Both the position numbers and the translations under genes were made by a program. Below, in pieces: positions 26,403 through 37,266 of a stretch of 64,000 nucleotides of DNA (positions are counted from its first letter, which is position 1; each line of letters begins with the position of its first letter). The stretch comes from Candidatus Moraniibacteriota bacterium (GTDB lineage: Bacteria; Patescibacteriota; Minisyncoccia; Moranbacterales; UBA1568): contig JBPOHW010000008.1 of assembly GCA_052035095.1 (NCBI GenBank), forward strand, positions 3,060 through 67,059, given 5' to 3'. Below the pieces are notes generated by a model, which was not told the origin of the DNA, ran no database searches, and saw only the letters and a program-made list of their open reading frames with translations.

Positions 26403-27074
26403 TCAGCACTCCAGCAGATGTCCATTTTTCTTGAGCCACCGGCGCTCCGTTTCAAATTCGGGAAGCATTGATGCAACCTTTCGCCAAAAATTTCGGGAAT
26501 GATCGCGATGAACGAGGTGCGCGAGCTCATGCACAACCACATAATCAATCACCGAGAGGGGCGCCATCGCGAGGCGGAAACTGAAATTCAAACTTCCCTT
26601 CCCGCTGCACGACCCCCAGCGCGTTCGCGCCGCGTTTACTTTGATTGCTCCATACGCGAGCTTGTTTTCCCGCGCGAAAAACCGCACTCGCTCCGAGAGA
26701 ATCCGTTTCGCCTCCCGTGTATACCACCGCGAAAACACCTCTTTCGCGCGAAAGTGAAACCGTTTCGCCATCACGAACTCGCCGCCAGAAAACACCACGC
26801 TCAAACGCGCCCGTTCCGACACCCGAAGCGGATAGCGCTCTCCCAAATACCAAAACATCTCCCCATCCTCGTATCGCCGCTCCCGCTCTCGCGCGCGTTC
26901 CCGCACCTTTGCGAGCGTCTTCTCTATCCACTCGCGTTTCTTCTTGAGAAACGACTCGATGAAATCAATCGGTGTCCGAAGCGGCGCGCGCACCGTCACA
27001 AACGCCTCCCGCGAAACGGTAAGTGCCACACTCCTCCTCCTCGACCGCACCAGTTTGTAGGGAAAAGGCGGCAT
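26403..27074 (-). CDS. YgjP/DUF45-like (M48/SprT) zinc metallohydrolase
   Basis: RWGSCS, YVVVHELAHL. Confidence 0.92.
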   Translation of the reverse strand: MPPFPYKLVRSRRRSVALTVSREAFVTVRAPLRTPIDFIESFLKKKREWIEKTLAKVRERARERERRYEDGEMFWYLGERYPLRVSERARLSVVFSGGEFVMAKRFHFRAKEVFSRWYTREAKRILSERVRFFARENKLAYGAIKVNAARTRWGSCSGKGSLNFSFRLAMAPLSVIDYVVVHELAHLVHRDHSRNFWRKVASMLPEFETERRWLKKNGHLLEC

Positions 27075-27120
27075 AGAGAAAAGTCCATCTACTTTCGAGA
27101 AAAGAGCTCCTTACAAAACA

Positions 27121-27801
27121 CTATTCCTGAATAATCTTGAAGTTGAACATCGGTGTTTTGAGCGCGCTCCAGAGGCGGAGCCATATCGGTAAAAGCATCT
27201 CCGTCCCGCGCGCCGTCGTTATATCGCCCAGATCAATGATATGCTTCCAGCCATAACTCCTCGCTATCTCGGAAACCACACCTTTTGCCGCAGCATCGTT
27301 CCCACTCACAAAAAGATGGTGATCGCCACTCGCAAGCTTCATCGGCTCAACCTGCAAAAAAGCATTCGTCGTATTAAACGCCTTCACAACTTTCGTTTCC
27401 GGAAGCGCCCGCTGAATCTGCTCGCCAAGCGAATCCGTGTTGCACACGGAAAGAGACGGCGGCATACCTTTCGAAAAATCCAACGGATTCGCAATATCAA
27501 CGAGTATCTTTCCCGAGAGTTCTCTCACAAGCAACGAGAGCACCGAAAGCGCGATTTCCCCTTTCAATGCGTTAAACGCGATTTCACTCTGCGACACCGC
27601 ATCGGCAAAGGTCGCAAGCTCCACTGACTGATGCTCCACTTGCCACTCGCCAAAGGGAAGATTCCCCATCGCGTCTTTCTCCGTAACCGTACGCGTCCTC
27701 TCCACATCCTGCGTGCCCAAAATCACCTCGTGACCAAGCTCTGAGAGCCGCGCCGCGTGCGTTCTCCCCACCACCCCCGTCCCCAAAATCGCTATTTTCA
27801 T
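27121..27801 (-). CDS. NADP oxidoreductase (F420-dependent family)
   Basis: GTGVVG, DIANP, VVKAFNT. Confidence 0.92.
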   Translation of the reverse strand: MKIAILGTGVVGRTHAARLSELGHEVILGTQDVERTRTVTEKDAMGNLPFGEWQVEHQSVELATFADAVSQSEIAFNALKGEIALSVLSLLVRELSGKILVDIANPLDFSKGMPPSLSVCNTDSLGEQIQRALPETKVVKAFNTTNAFLQVEPMKLASGDHHLFVSGNDAAAKGVVSEIARSYGWKHIIDLGDITTARGTEMLLPIWLRLWSALKTPMFNFKIIQE

Positions 27802-27848
27802 AAAGCGTTCTTGTTATTTTATTTAACGAGCTTTTTGCCTTATCACAC

Positions 27849-27922
27849 TGGTGGACCTGAGGGGAATCGAACCCCTATTTCCCGGATGCAAACCGGGTGC
27901 TCTACCACTAAGCTACAGGCCC
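27849..27922 (-). tRNA. tRNA-Ala(TGC)
   Basis: GGGCCTG...TTTGCAT...CAGGTCCACCA; G3:U70. Confidence 0.92.
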
Positions 27923-28125
27923 CGAGAACAACGAAAGCCCTCCCATTGTAAGCGGAAAAACGAATACTGTCCATAAAGCAAAACCCCAGAAACGGGTTCC
28001 GAGGATTTTTGTATTGGTGTTTCTCTCCTGGTCGGGAGAGGAAGAATGGAGAACTCCACTCTTTTTTTGAGTTCGCCGATCTCGGCGAAGGAGTTATTGG
28101 TGGCGAATTGTATTTTGGTTTTGGT

Positions 28126-28911
28126 TTACATAGGCGTGGCGATACGAAAGCGAAATGTTCGAAATCGGAGAAAAAGCATTCGAGACACAATACCTGCGGC
28201 GCATACCTCAAGCATTCCGATAAGTCCCAGTAAGAGCATAGAAGCGGTTTGATAAGGAAAAATAGGCGTTTGCACTTGAGAAACAGTAAATGAAGGAAGG
28301 GTGGTAGAAGGAAGTATGGAAGGCGCCGGCGCTTTATTTTCAAGAACAATCGGCGCGTTCACGGCAATCGGAGCGACATCGGAAAGGTTCTTCCACGGCT
28401 CGGCATCGGAAACCACCTCTCCGAGACGCGTCCCGAAAAGCTGTACCGTCACAGTCGTCACCTTCCCTTCCCACGGCATTTCAAGTACGGCAACTCCGAT
28501 ATCATGATACTTCGGCGAAAGAATATTCTCTCGATGCTTCTCGCTCTTCATCCATACTGATTGTTCACTCTCCGCGTCGGTAAAATGAATCGCCAAATTC
28601 TCTCCGGCATACCGATACCGATAGCCCGCCTCCTCAAAGAAAAACCATGGGCGCGTCCCCTCGGGCGACGTGTGCGCGAAATATCCGTTCTTCGCCATAT
28701 CCCCTGCCTTCATCTCAGCCGCCCGAGTAAGCGTCTCATCCGCGTGAAGCATGGAAAGATCTTCCGCCTCCCGATCTCGATTGACGAGATTAACCACGTC
28801 TTCCGGTCCAAACGACGCGGCGGACACAAGAGCTGGAAAGATAAGGACAAAAGCCCCTATAAAAAGGCTATATCGAGAAAAAGTGTCGTTTTGTGAGAAA
28901 AGTCGCTTCAT
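28126..28911 (-). CDS. CAP/SCP-domain membrane-anchored protein
   Basis: YFAHTSP, GENLA, WM.S..HRENIL, IGVAV. Confidence 0.92.
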   Translation of the reverse strand: MKRLFSQNDTFSRYSLFIGAFVLIFPALVSAASFGPEDVVNLVNRDREAEDLSMLHADETLTRAAEMKAGDMAKNGYFAHTSPEGTRPWFFFEEAGYRYRYAGENLAIHFTDAESEQSVWMKSEKHRENILSPKYHDIGVAVLEMPWEGKVTTVTVQLFGTRLGEVVSDAEPWKNLSDVAPIAVNAPIVLENKAPAPSILPSTTLPSFTVSQVQTPIFPYQTASMLLLGLIGMLEVCAAGIVSRMLFLRFRTFRFRIATPM

Positions 28912-28971
28912 AGGGGTATAAAAAATGGGAAAACGGGCGTGTTCACCCGTTTTCCCATTGAAAACAACTCT

Positions 28972-29000
28972 ATTATACCCCAAAAAATTAGCACTGTCAA
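28972..29000 (-). promoter_or_regulatory. Consensus sigma70 promoter
   Basis: TTGACA-17-TATAAT. Confidence 0.85.
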
Positions 29001-29078
29001 TCGAAACCGAAAAATCGCGCCTCCTCGCCGCGACTTTTCGAAAATATTCTCGCAAACGATATCGCTCGAGACCTCGTT

Positions 29079-29399
29079 TTATTGTCCGAAAAAAAGATCT
29101 CGGAAAACACCGGGAGCGCTTTCGTGTTGTTTGGCTCGATCGCTGAGCATGCCTATGGCAACGTCAAATTTCTCCCGTTGAAACTTTACCTGCTTGCTTT
29201 TGGAAAGCCGATACTCCCGCTCCTCATCCTCGCTCCAGCGAAACATATAGAGGCTTTTGTACCAAGAGAAAACGCTGATACCCAGCACCAGGAAAAAAAG
29301 AAGAGAGAAGACAAGGGAACTCCATCGACGCCACCACAAGCCGAGCGCCGCTATAAAGTCTCGCGGAGAAATATTCTTTGGAAAAAAAGGATTCGACAT
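29079..29399 (-). CDS. Single-TM protein ending the pil operon
   Basis: TM helix, operonic position. Confidence 0.7.
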   Translation of the reverse strand: MSNPFFPKNISPRDFIAALGLWWRRWSSLVFSLLFFLVLGISVFSWYKSLYMFRWSEDEEREYRLSKSKQVKFQREKFDVAIGMLSDRAKQHESAPGVFRDLFFGQ

Positions 29400-29418
29400 A
29401 CGCCATTGTAAGCAAAAA

Positions 29419-30186
29419 TTATCGATCCGTATAAATAACCGTATGGAACGACGCCTCTACGTTCAACTTCTTCGCCTCAACCGGTTTTTCACCGGAGACT
29501 TCCAGAGGAGACGACGATCGAAAAGGACTCCTAACATCACCGGATATGGAAGGCGAAACGCTCGACTGGTCATCTTCAAAGACCGCCTGCTCCATCTGAA
29601 TCGAGAGAACATCCAACAAGAAAGGCATCGTATCGAGCTTCCGAAGGAAAGCAAGGACACGATCATACTCACCCGTCACCTTAAACGTGATGAAAACGGA
29701 ACGATCTTCCGGTAAAAGCGGGAGAAGAGCCTCCGCTTCTTTCTCCTCCTCCTTTTTTTCTTCTTTCGCTTTGCCATTTGTCACCTCTCCTTCTTCGGAA
29801 ACCGATGCTTTCTTTGTTGGCTTTTTCTTTACGGAAGAAACGGCAAGTGCCTGCGGCGAAGACGCTTCAGATACAATCGAAACACCGAGATCATTCCCAA
29901 TCGATTCAAGCGCTTCAACCAAGGAGATAATACGATCTTTTGGCAAAAAGACATCGAGCTTATCGCTCTCCAGACGAATACGATCGACTTCGTCGCGCAT
30001 AGTCGCAATCACACTTCGTTGTTCCTCAAGCATCTTTCGATCCACGATCGCCTGTTGAATGGAGACCATTCCCTCGCGATTTCTCTCAAGCACGCGGAAA
30101 ATACCGAAATACACCAGCGCTGAAAAAAGACCGATCATTCCCAGAATGACCACGACCTCTCGAGATTGTAACCAAAAGCTTTTCAT
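29419..30186 (-). CDS. PilO-like protein
   Basis: TM, coiled coil, VTGEYDRVLAFLRKLD; follows PilN. Confidence 0.75.
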   Translation of the reverse strand: MKSFWLQSREVVVILGMIGLFSALVYFGIFRVLERNREGMVSIQQAIVDRKMLEEQRSVIATMRDEVDRIRLESDKLDVFLPKDRIISLVEALESIGNDLGVSIVSEASSPQALAVSSVKKKPTKKASVSEEGEVTNGKAKEEKKEEEKEAEALLPLLPEDRSVFITFKVTGEYDRVLAFLRKLDTMPFLLDVLSIQMEQAVFEDDQSSVSPSISGDVRSPFRSSSPLEVSGEKPVEAKKLNVEASFHTVIYTDR

Positions 30187-30192
30187 ATATTC

Positions 30193-30765
30193 TCATTTGA
30201 TACCAACAAGACACGATCTCTCTATCATTGCGTCAAGTTGAAAATCGATATTTTCTTTTACCAGCTTATTCGAAAGCGGTATCATAGGACCGCCATCTTT
30301 TGAACGAAAACAATCGGACTCATTCATATTTTTTTCCAAGAGAAGAAGCGCATCTCGATTCGGCGCCGTTCCGCTCGCTGAAAAGGAAAAATCGTTTTTC
30401 GAAAGCATCTTGGTATAGAGAACGCCGGGCGGTGTTGCCGCTTCGAGCGATTGAAAAAACTTTTCCCACAAAACATGTCCCGCAAGCAACTGGGAAATTT
30501 CGGAAGCCTTCGCGTTCGTCTCCCGAAAAACCGCTTCGTACGATTCGATTTCGTTTTTTTCTTCTACGAACGAAGAGCCTCCCGAAAGTCCGCGTGTTGA
30601 AGAGAGCTGCACCGACAAGAGGAATGAAATGCCAAGAAGCGCACAGCAATAAGAAAAACCCAGAAAAATAATGCCGGATCCTTGGGCGACAATCATACGG
30701 AAACGCTTATTCTTAAGCATTTCCGTCTTCTTTTCGACAGGGAGAAGATTAAGCAGGATTTTCAT
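30193..30765 (-). CDS. PilN-like protein
   Basis: LNLLP N-terminal motif, TM, SGTAPNR. Confidence 0.8.
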   Translation of the reverse strand: MKILLNLLPVEKKTEMLKNKRFRMIVAQGSGIIFLGFSYCCALLGISFLLSVQLSSTRGLSGGSSFVEEKNEIESYEAVFRETNAKASEISQLLAGHVLWEKFFQSLEAATPPGVLYTKMLSKNDFSFSASGTAPNRDALLLLEKNMNESDCFRSKDGGPMIPLSNKLVKENIDFQLDAMIERSCLVGIK

Positions 30766-31843
30766 AGTTGCGTATACCGCGAAGCGCAAGCCCAAGCGCG
30801 GTTGAATATTGTACCGACTGTTTCTTGCTGATAACGGGAATAGACTTCCCGATACGGAGATTGACCCAGGGATTTCCAAATTCGACCGGCTTCCCGAGTT
30901 TCCGCGCCAGATACGGCAGGATACCGCGCATATTGGATCCGCCGCCACAGAGAATTACTTTGTCGACCGCCGAAGAATATCGAAGTGTATTCAAATAAAA
31001 ATCCACTGACCGCTCCATCTCGGCCGTAAGACTCGACAATACCGGCTCCACCATACGAAAGAGCGGATCTCCCTTGGTCTGCGATCCGATCCCCTCGGTA
31101 ATCTTGATTCGCTCCGCGTCCTCAAAGGGAATCTTCATCCCCTTGGCAATCGAATCGGTAATCATCTGCGATGAAAGTGGGATACTCGATGTAAAGACCG
31201 GGATATTGCCGAGCGCGATCAAAAAACTCGTTCGTCGGTCGCCGATATCGATGATGAGCGTCGTCACATCGCTCGTCTCTTCGGGCAAAAGAATGCGCGC
31301 CTGCGCTATTGATTCCGTTTCAAAGCCGACCACCTCGAGCCCGGCCGCTTCAAGCGCTGATACAAACTGATCCACAACACTTCGCGCGACCGCGACCACG
31401 AGAATACTCATCTTTCCCTGTTCCCGGGTCACATTCCGATCAAGGAGTTGGTAGTCATAGTAAACCTGGTCGAGCGAGAGCGGAATATTTGCCTCAATCT
31501 CCCACCGAATCGCTTCCGACACTTCTCGCTTGTCCATAACGGGAAGGCTCACGATTCGCAAAAACGCTTTCGTTTCGGGCAAAGAGCAGAACACTCGCCG
31601 AGAACGAATTTTCCCCGGACCGGATGTTTCAAGAAGTGTTTTGACGCCCGCGATCACCGCGTCTTCTTTCAAAATTTTCCCGTCGGACACCGACTCGAGC
31701 GGCAAATTGACCGCGCCGTAACTCACGATTCTATCTCGATCGCCTTCCTCGTCAAGAAACACCGCCTTGAGCGACAGATCGCTCAAATCAAGCCCGAATG
31801 GACGCGGCGTGAGTCGTAACAAATTTCTGTTCCAAAGAGACAT
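30749..31843 (-). CDS. pilM: Type IV pilus assembly protein PilM
   Basis: FGLDLSD, IIDIG..RT, LCGGGS, ALGLALR. Confidence 0.93.
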   Translation of the reverse strand: MSLWNRNLLRLTPRPFGLDLSDLSLKAVFLDEEGDRDRIVSYGAVNLPLESVSDGKILKEDAVIAGVKTLLETSGPGKIRSRRVFCSLPETKAFLRIVSLPVMDKREVSEAIRWEIEANIPLSLDQVYYDYQLLDRNVTREQGKMSILVVAVARSVVDQFVSALEAAGLEVVGFETESIAQARILLPEETSDVTTLIIDIGDRRTSFLIALGNIPVFTSSIPLSSQMITDSIAKGMKIPFEDAERIKITEGIGSQTKGDPLFRMVEPVLSSLTAEMERSVDFYLNTLRYSSAVDKVILCGGGSNMRGILPYLARKLGKPVEFGNPWVNLRIGKSIPVISKKQSVQYSTALGLALRGIRNYENPA

Positions 31844-32026
31844 GGAAATGCAGTTAGTAGCGAGTAGTTTGTAGTTGGTAGTCACTCTTGATATACATCC
31901 GCATGACTCTTTGCCACTCAAACTGCTCATTGCCAACGTTGTATTGTTTTTTATTGCTGTTTTTCCTCTCTCTTTTCTGCCAACTACTAGCTACTCTCTA
32001 CAAACTACCAACTGTTCCCGCTCCCA

Positions 32027-33613
32027 TTATAACTCTTCCCACAAATCTATGGAATACTCGGTGCCGGTTGGAAAGTATGGTGGCGGATAGTAGAGAAGAT
32101 TATTGTCGAAATTAAGATAGCGATCGGTATATCCGGATCCATCCGTCCACGCGAATCCATAGCGCTGTTTGGTGGCGATCGCACCGTTTATAGTGATACT
32201 GTTTCGATGATCGGATGAGCTGTAGTGCGCACGACCCACGCGACCGTTTTGTGCAAGAAGCGCGCCATCTATCTGGAGATCATTCTGGCTGTAGCGAATA
32301 ATTTCCACATCTTGCTGACCGATAATGCCCAAGATATTGTCACCATCATAACTCGTATACGTAATATCATTGTTCCCAAGGAACATATTCCCAACCCCCG
32401 CCACAATCGTCACTCGGCTCACGCCGGAATCAATCGATCCCTCAAGCCACACATTGTCGTCAACGTAGATAATACCTTCGTCGGGAATAGCTTTATTTGA
32501 AGGATTACACAAGCACGTTATCCCTCCGCCCAAATTGCGATTTTGACACTGTGCATTTGAACCGGTCGATGTCGTGACATTGGTCGTGCAGGACGCGCCA
32601 TTATTACTTCTCCTCCCGATAAAACTCAAAATGCTAAAGGTAGTCGCGTCATAGGCATTCACCGTATACACATCAAATGTCCCGTCAGTTTTCAGTACAA
32701 TGCGACGACCGGCATTTGAATTATCATAGTAACACCCGGACGCCCAGCAATTATTCGTCACCGCACATCCCGACCCGGTATCATTGCACGCCGTATTCTT
32801 CATATTTGTGAGATCGCTCTGTACGCCCGTGAAACTCACCTCCGGCACCGGAAACTGTCGTCCCCCTTCAAAGATATCCGCTCGATCCGGCACGGAATTC
32901 GGAATTCTTTCTGACGCCAATGCTCCCACAATAGTGCTGTTTGGTGGATCCGGCGGATGCGTCGAGCTTGCATGCGTATGCACGCCAAACTCATTATTCC
33001 CCGTATGATCCGGATCATTCACATCCGGAACGAGGCTTGTCACCGAATTGTGCGCCAACCCATCAAATCGCACGCCATTATTTGAATGAATTTTCCCCCA
33101 CACCTCCGTCCCTGCGCCAAAGCGAACAAATTCATCCGCCAAAACCGCGTACTCGCTCCAACTCGGGCGACGAAATCGCGCTTTCACGGTGCGTGACACG
33201 CCGGCATCGCTCGCCGACGTCCCGACAACGGTGACCGTCGCGATGGTCGAACTCGGATCGGGTGGATCAAGCGTGAGCGAGTAGTGCCCGATCACATCTC
33301 CAGTTCCCGGATCGGTATAGTCAACTTCGACCGGACCCGAAACGCCGAGCGTCCCCGCATCCGACCAAAAGGCCTTGAGTTGTTGCGCGTTCATCCCATC
33401 CGTCGCGTGCGCGAGATACCAGCGATACGAATAGATACCGGTCTCGGCAATCTGAAACGCCTCTTCGCGCGCCACTCGATTGGAACTGAATTGCAATTGC
33501 GACACCACAAATCCGATAATGGACGTGAGTAAAATACCAACCACCGTCATAATGACCAAAGCATACACCAACATAGAGCCCTTCGAAACATTTTTATTTT
33601 TTTGGTATGTCAT
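32027..33613 (-). CDS. PilX-like minor pilin
   Basis: KGSMLVYAL...AFQIAETG. Confidence 0.8.
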   Translation of the reverse strand: MTYQKNKNVSKGSMLVYALVIMTVVGILLTSIIGFVVSQLQFSSNRVAREEAFQIAETGIYSYRWYLAHATDGMNAQQLKAFWSDAGTLGVSGPVEVDYTDPGTGDVIGHYSLTLDPPDPSSTIATVTVVGTSASDAGVSRTVKARFRRPSWSEYAVLADEFVRFGAGTEVWGKIHSNNGVRFDGLAHNSVTSLVPDVNDPDHTGNNEFGVHTHASSTHPPDPPNSTIVGALASERIPNSVPDRADIFEGGRQFPVPEVSFTGVQSDLTNMKNTACNDTGSGCAVTNNCWASGCYYDNSNAGRRIVLKTDGTFDVYTVNAYDATTFSILSFIGRRSNNGASCTTNVTTSTGSNAQCQNRNLGGGITCLCNPSNKAIPDEGIIYVDDNVWLEGSIDSGVSRVTIVAGVGNMFLGNNDITYTSYDGDNILGIIGQQDVEIIRYSQNDLQIDGALLAQNGRVGRAHYSSSDHRNSITINGAIATKQRYGFAWTDGSGYTDRYLNFDNNLLYYPPPYFPTGTEYSIDLWEEL

Positions 33614-33671
33614 AAACAAAAATAGTTCTCTTCAAATCCTCCATTCCCCATTCTTCATTCTCCATTCTATT

Positions 33672-34340
33672 TCAAATTCCAAACCGATCATGATCGTTCA
33701 AGTTGCGCATCTCGGCAAAGGAGCTGATATAGACGCTATCCGGCGCGTGATTGGGATCGATATTCATATAAAGATTGATTTTTACGAGGCGGACATTGGG
33801 AACCGTCGCCGGCGTCGCGATCGGATTATTCACGCTATCCTCGGGATAATTCGCGTCATAATAGTAAAATATTGGCTGAGCTCCGGTATTTACGATACGC
33901 TGAGCGATGGTCGTCGTCGTCCCATCGCCTGAAGCATACGTCACCGGAAATCCTCCACTCGGCTCTCGGACACCCAAGATCACGTCTGTCCCACTCTTGT
34001 AGAGATGGAGCCGCTCCGTCACGCCGTCGCGATCGTAATCGCCGTAAAATACGAGATCATTATCATCGGCGGACACTACCGGATATGAGCCGTTGTCCGC
34101 CTGTCGCGCCTCGCGAATATACCGTGTCATTTCATTCACGCCTCGCGACACCGCCATCGCCGTCTGCCCCATTTCAATCGTGTACGCGTTCGAACGCCAC
34201 GAATTCATAAAGAGCGCCGAAAACCCCACCATACCCGTGGTGAAAATAAAAATCGCCATCATCATTTCCACGAGAGACATCCCTTTGACAAAGTTGGTAG
34301 TTGGTAGTCCGTAGTTTGTAGATTTTTGTTTATAACACAT
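33672..34340 (-). CDS. Prepilin-type minor pilin
   Basis: KGMSLVEMM cleavage motif. Confidence 0.85.
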   Translation of the reverse strand: MCYKQKSTNYGLPTTNFVKGMSLVEMMMAIFIFTTGMVGFSALFMNSWRSNAYTIEMGQTAMAVSRGVNEMTRYIREARQADNGSYPVVSADDNDLVFYGDYDRDGVTERLHLYKSGTDVILGVREPSGGFPVTYASGDGTTTTIAQRIVNTGAQPIFYYYDANYPEDSVNNPIATPATVPNVRLVKINLYMNIDPNHAPDSVYISSFAEMRNLNDHDRFGI

Positions 34341-34423
34341 AGGATTCCATATTTTCTCTCAACTATTCCCTCCTCTCTACTCTCTCCCAACTACTCACTA
34401 CTTTCTACTCACTACTGACTACT

Positions 34424-35809
34424 TTAACTCGCCGTCATACTCACCGTCTCAATCTCGAGCGCGCCGTTTGACACGGTCACTTGTCCCGTCACGTCGGTGT
34501 ACCCAGCCGCGCTCACCGTGTAGTCATAGGTTCCCGCCACAAATGGCGTCGCGTCATCCGGGAAAAACGCGTATCCGATCGCGTCCGCCACAATCGTATC
34601 GTCAAACGGGAGCGCGCTCGTCAGGTGGACACTTGCCCCCGAAATCGGCTTGCCATCAGTGTCTTTCTGCACTTTAAAAAGAGCTGACGTTGTCGTGTCC
34701 GGACTCACCTTTACCGTAACTGTGGCTATCTCATCCGGAGCGACGGTAAACTCCCAATAGGCATCATCGGGCGCCGCCGGGTGCTCTGCCGCTTTGTCCA
34801 TACCAATAATCTCGGTATTCGCTTCTTCGAGCAAAAAGTAATACGGACCAGGGCTAACATCTCCATAATCTTTTTCTCCGCTCCCATCGGTCGCTTCATG
34901 CACATCGGTATTGTAAATTTTGATCGTCGGATCCGTCGCGTCGGTTCCAAGCGTCCGACCGCCCTTCAGGTGAAAGTCAATCGCGGGCGCGTCGGCATTG
35001 AGAGCATCCTCTGTGCGAACGGTCAGTTCCGCCAGTTCGTTTTGATAAATATTCGCGGTATTAATAGCGAGCTCCACCACCGAAGCATGTTCATGCGTCG
35101 GAGTATACGATGAGGTCGGGTAGGGCGCCATGGTAGAAACCGTTTCGTACCCACCCTTTGAAACCGTCACGACATACTCTTTGATCGCCTCCGGAATACC
35201 AACGAGCATCAATCGTCCCATACTGTCCGTCGTATTGGTTTCGTCATATCCGAGCGTCGTATTCTGAACGCGCACCGAAGCGCCCGATACCAAGGCGCCG
35301 CCATCCTTGTCGCTCGTCACATTGACTACCAAGATGCCGAGTCCCGCGGCCGACTGCTCGATGCCCGCCGGCACAAACCGAGACACCGCTGAAACACTTT
35401 GCCCCGCCGTCCCCCACGACACGGTAATCTTCACATCTTTGTAATCGATAAAATCCGTATCCGTATCGCTCACTGTCCCATCAAACGAATCGTCTCGATT
35501 CGCAATTTGTGTATGCACGTGATACGTGCCGCCGGAACGAGTCACATCTTCGTCTTGCAAAAGGTTTCCCGCCGGAAATCCGGTCGTATGAGCAATATCC
35601 TCAAAAGCAAGGTTCCTGATCACCTCCATTTTCTCCGTCGCCAAGGCCGATGCCACCAGCCGATTTTTGGAAAGCGTAATGTACTGCGTCGCGAGTGACC
35701 AGGTCGAATAAAACGCCATGGTAATGACGCTAAACACAAACAAAAACACGAGCGCTTCAATGAGGGTTGCCCCTCTTTTTGTTTTCATCATTTTCTTTTT
35801 GCACTCCAT
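34424..35809 (-). CDS. Prepilin-type minor pilin with carboxypeptidase-regulatory-like beta domains
   Basis: RGATLIEAL; repeated GASV...Y.VTVS..GY. Confidence 0.85.
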   Translation of the reverse strand: MECKKKMMKTKRGATLIEALVFLFVFSVITMAFYSTWSLATQYITLSKNRLVASALATEKMEVIRNLAFEDIAHTTGFPAGNLLQDEDVTRSGGTYHVHTQIANRDDSFDGTVSDTDTDFIDYKDVKITVSWGTAGQSVSAVSRFVPAGIEQSAAGLGILVVNVTSDKDGGALVSGASVRVQNTTLGYDETNTTDSMGRLMLVGIPEAIKEYVVTVSKGGYETVSTMAPYPTSSYTPTHEHASVVELAINTANIYQNELAELTVRTEDALNADAPAIDFHLKGGRTLGTDATDPTIKIYNTDVHEATDGSGEKDYGDVSPGPYYFLLEEANTEIIGMDKAAEHPAAPDDAYWEFTVAPDEIATVTVKVSPDTTTSALFKVQKDTDGKPISGASVHLTSALPFDDTIVADAIGYAFFPDDATPFVAGTYDYTVSAAGYTDVTGQVTVSNGALEIETVSMTAS

Positions 35810-35815
35810 TTCTCA

Positions 35816-35941
35816 GGACTTTCAAATTTGAGTACATTTCGAGGCGCAAATGAGGAACGGAGTAAGCTGTACGTAATCGTACAGCGTCCCCGCCTCGGCG
35901 GGAGAATTTGCAACGAAAAAATGTGCCAAATTTGGAAGTCC
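35816..35941. repeat. MITE/REP-like element with terminal inverted repeats
   Basis: GGACTTTCAAATTTG ... CAAATTTGGAAGTCC (14/15 match) with internal hairpins. Confidence 0.7.
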
Positions 35942-37164
35942 TATTTGATATTTTCAAGCACAGAATACATTGGCTGCAACATCGCGACCGCGAAAAACCC
36001 GACACTGCACCCGATAATGAGCATCAGAATCGGCTCAATGATAGATGACATATTCTTGGTAATCTGCGTCACCTCTTCTTCATAAAAGGTCGCAAGCTTC
36101 TCCAGAACCGTTTCGGTTTTCCCCGTTTCTTCGCCGACCGCGATCATTTGCGGGACGAGAAGCGGGAAAATTCTCGGATACCGCAAGATGACGACGCTCA
36201 ATTCCGTCCCGCGCTGAATTTCGGTAATCGCCTCGTTGATCGATTTTTTGTACGCGTCATTCGAGAGCACGCGCGAGACAATGCCGAGCCCATCCACCAC
36301 CGAGACGCCGCTCCGCAAAAGCGAGCTATATATTCGCGCGAAACGCGCGCAGTTTACCTTGATGACAATATTTCCTATAACCGGAAGATAGAGAAGGATG
36401 AGGCTGAAAATTCGTTTTCCGGTTGCGGTCGAAAGAAACAGTTTCCCACCGACAATACCACCAATCACAATCAGAATACTCGCAATATAGTGATCACGGA
36501 GAAAATCGCTGATACCCATAATGAAGAGCGTCATCGGCGGAAGTTCCGTACCCATATCCTTGAAAACGCCCGTAATGCTGGGGAGAATATAGGTGAGCAT
36601 CAGAACCGCAATACCTACCATCGCGACCAAAATAACCGACGGATAGATGAGTGCGCCCTTTACCTTGCTCGTAATATCGTGCTCCTTCTCGAGCTGGGTC
36701 GCCAAAATATCGAGTACCATTTCGAGATTCCCCGAAACTTCCCCGACATAGACCATATTGACAAAGAGCTCATTAAAGACCGTCGGAAAGCGCCCCATCC
36801 CTTCGGACAGCGTCTTCCCCGCCTGCAAATCCGTTTGAATCGACTCGAGAATACCTTTGAATTTCTTGTTTCTCGTTTGACTTGCAAGATTCTGAAGCGC
36901 GCGCGACATCGTAAGTCCCGATGACACCATAACCGCGAGATTGCGCGTAAAGGTCATCTTTTCTTTGAGCGGTATCGTCGTGAAGCGGTCGAAGAAATTC
37001 ACTTTGACGCCCGCCGACGCCTCTTCAATGACCTTGATCGACGTCGGCACAAATCCTTCGGCGGCAAGCGCCGTCGCCACCCCCTTCTCATCCTTGGCGT
37101 TCACTTCCCCACCTTTCGATTCGCCCGTCTTTAAGTTTTTCGCCGTAAATAAATATTTCGGCAT
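35941..37164 (-). CDS. pilC: Type IV pilus platform protein PilC (GspF family)
   Basis: GEVSGNL, ALIYP, GEETGK, IIEPIL. Confidence 0.93.
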   Translation of the reverse strand: MPKYLFTAKNLKTGESKGGEVNAKDEKGVATALAAEGFVPTSIKVIEEASAGVKVNFFDRFTTIPLKEKMTFTRNLAVMVSSGLTMSRALQNLASQTRNKKFKGILESIQTDLQAGKTLSEGMGRFPTVFNELFVNMVYVGEVSGNLEMVLDILATQLEKEHDITSKVKGALIYPSVILVAMVGIAVLMLTYILPSITGVFKDMGTELPPMTLFIMGISDFLRDHYIASILIVIGGIVGGKLFLSTATGKRIFSLILLYLPVIGNIVIKVNCARFARIYSSLLRSGVSVVDGLGIVSRVLSNDAYKKSINEAITEIQRGTELSVVILRYPRIFPLLVPQMIAVGEETGKTETVLEKLATFYEEEVTQITKNMSSIIEPILMLIIGCSVGFFAVAMLQPMYSVLENIK

Positions 37165-37266
37165 ATCATAGAACTATGTATGCGCACAGTATACCACAAA
37201 AACCGATGTACCGAGAACTCCGCGCTCATATAGCTCCCGCAAAACAAAACTTAAGATTTAACACAC

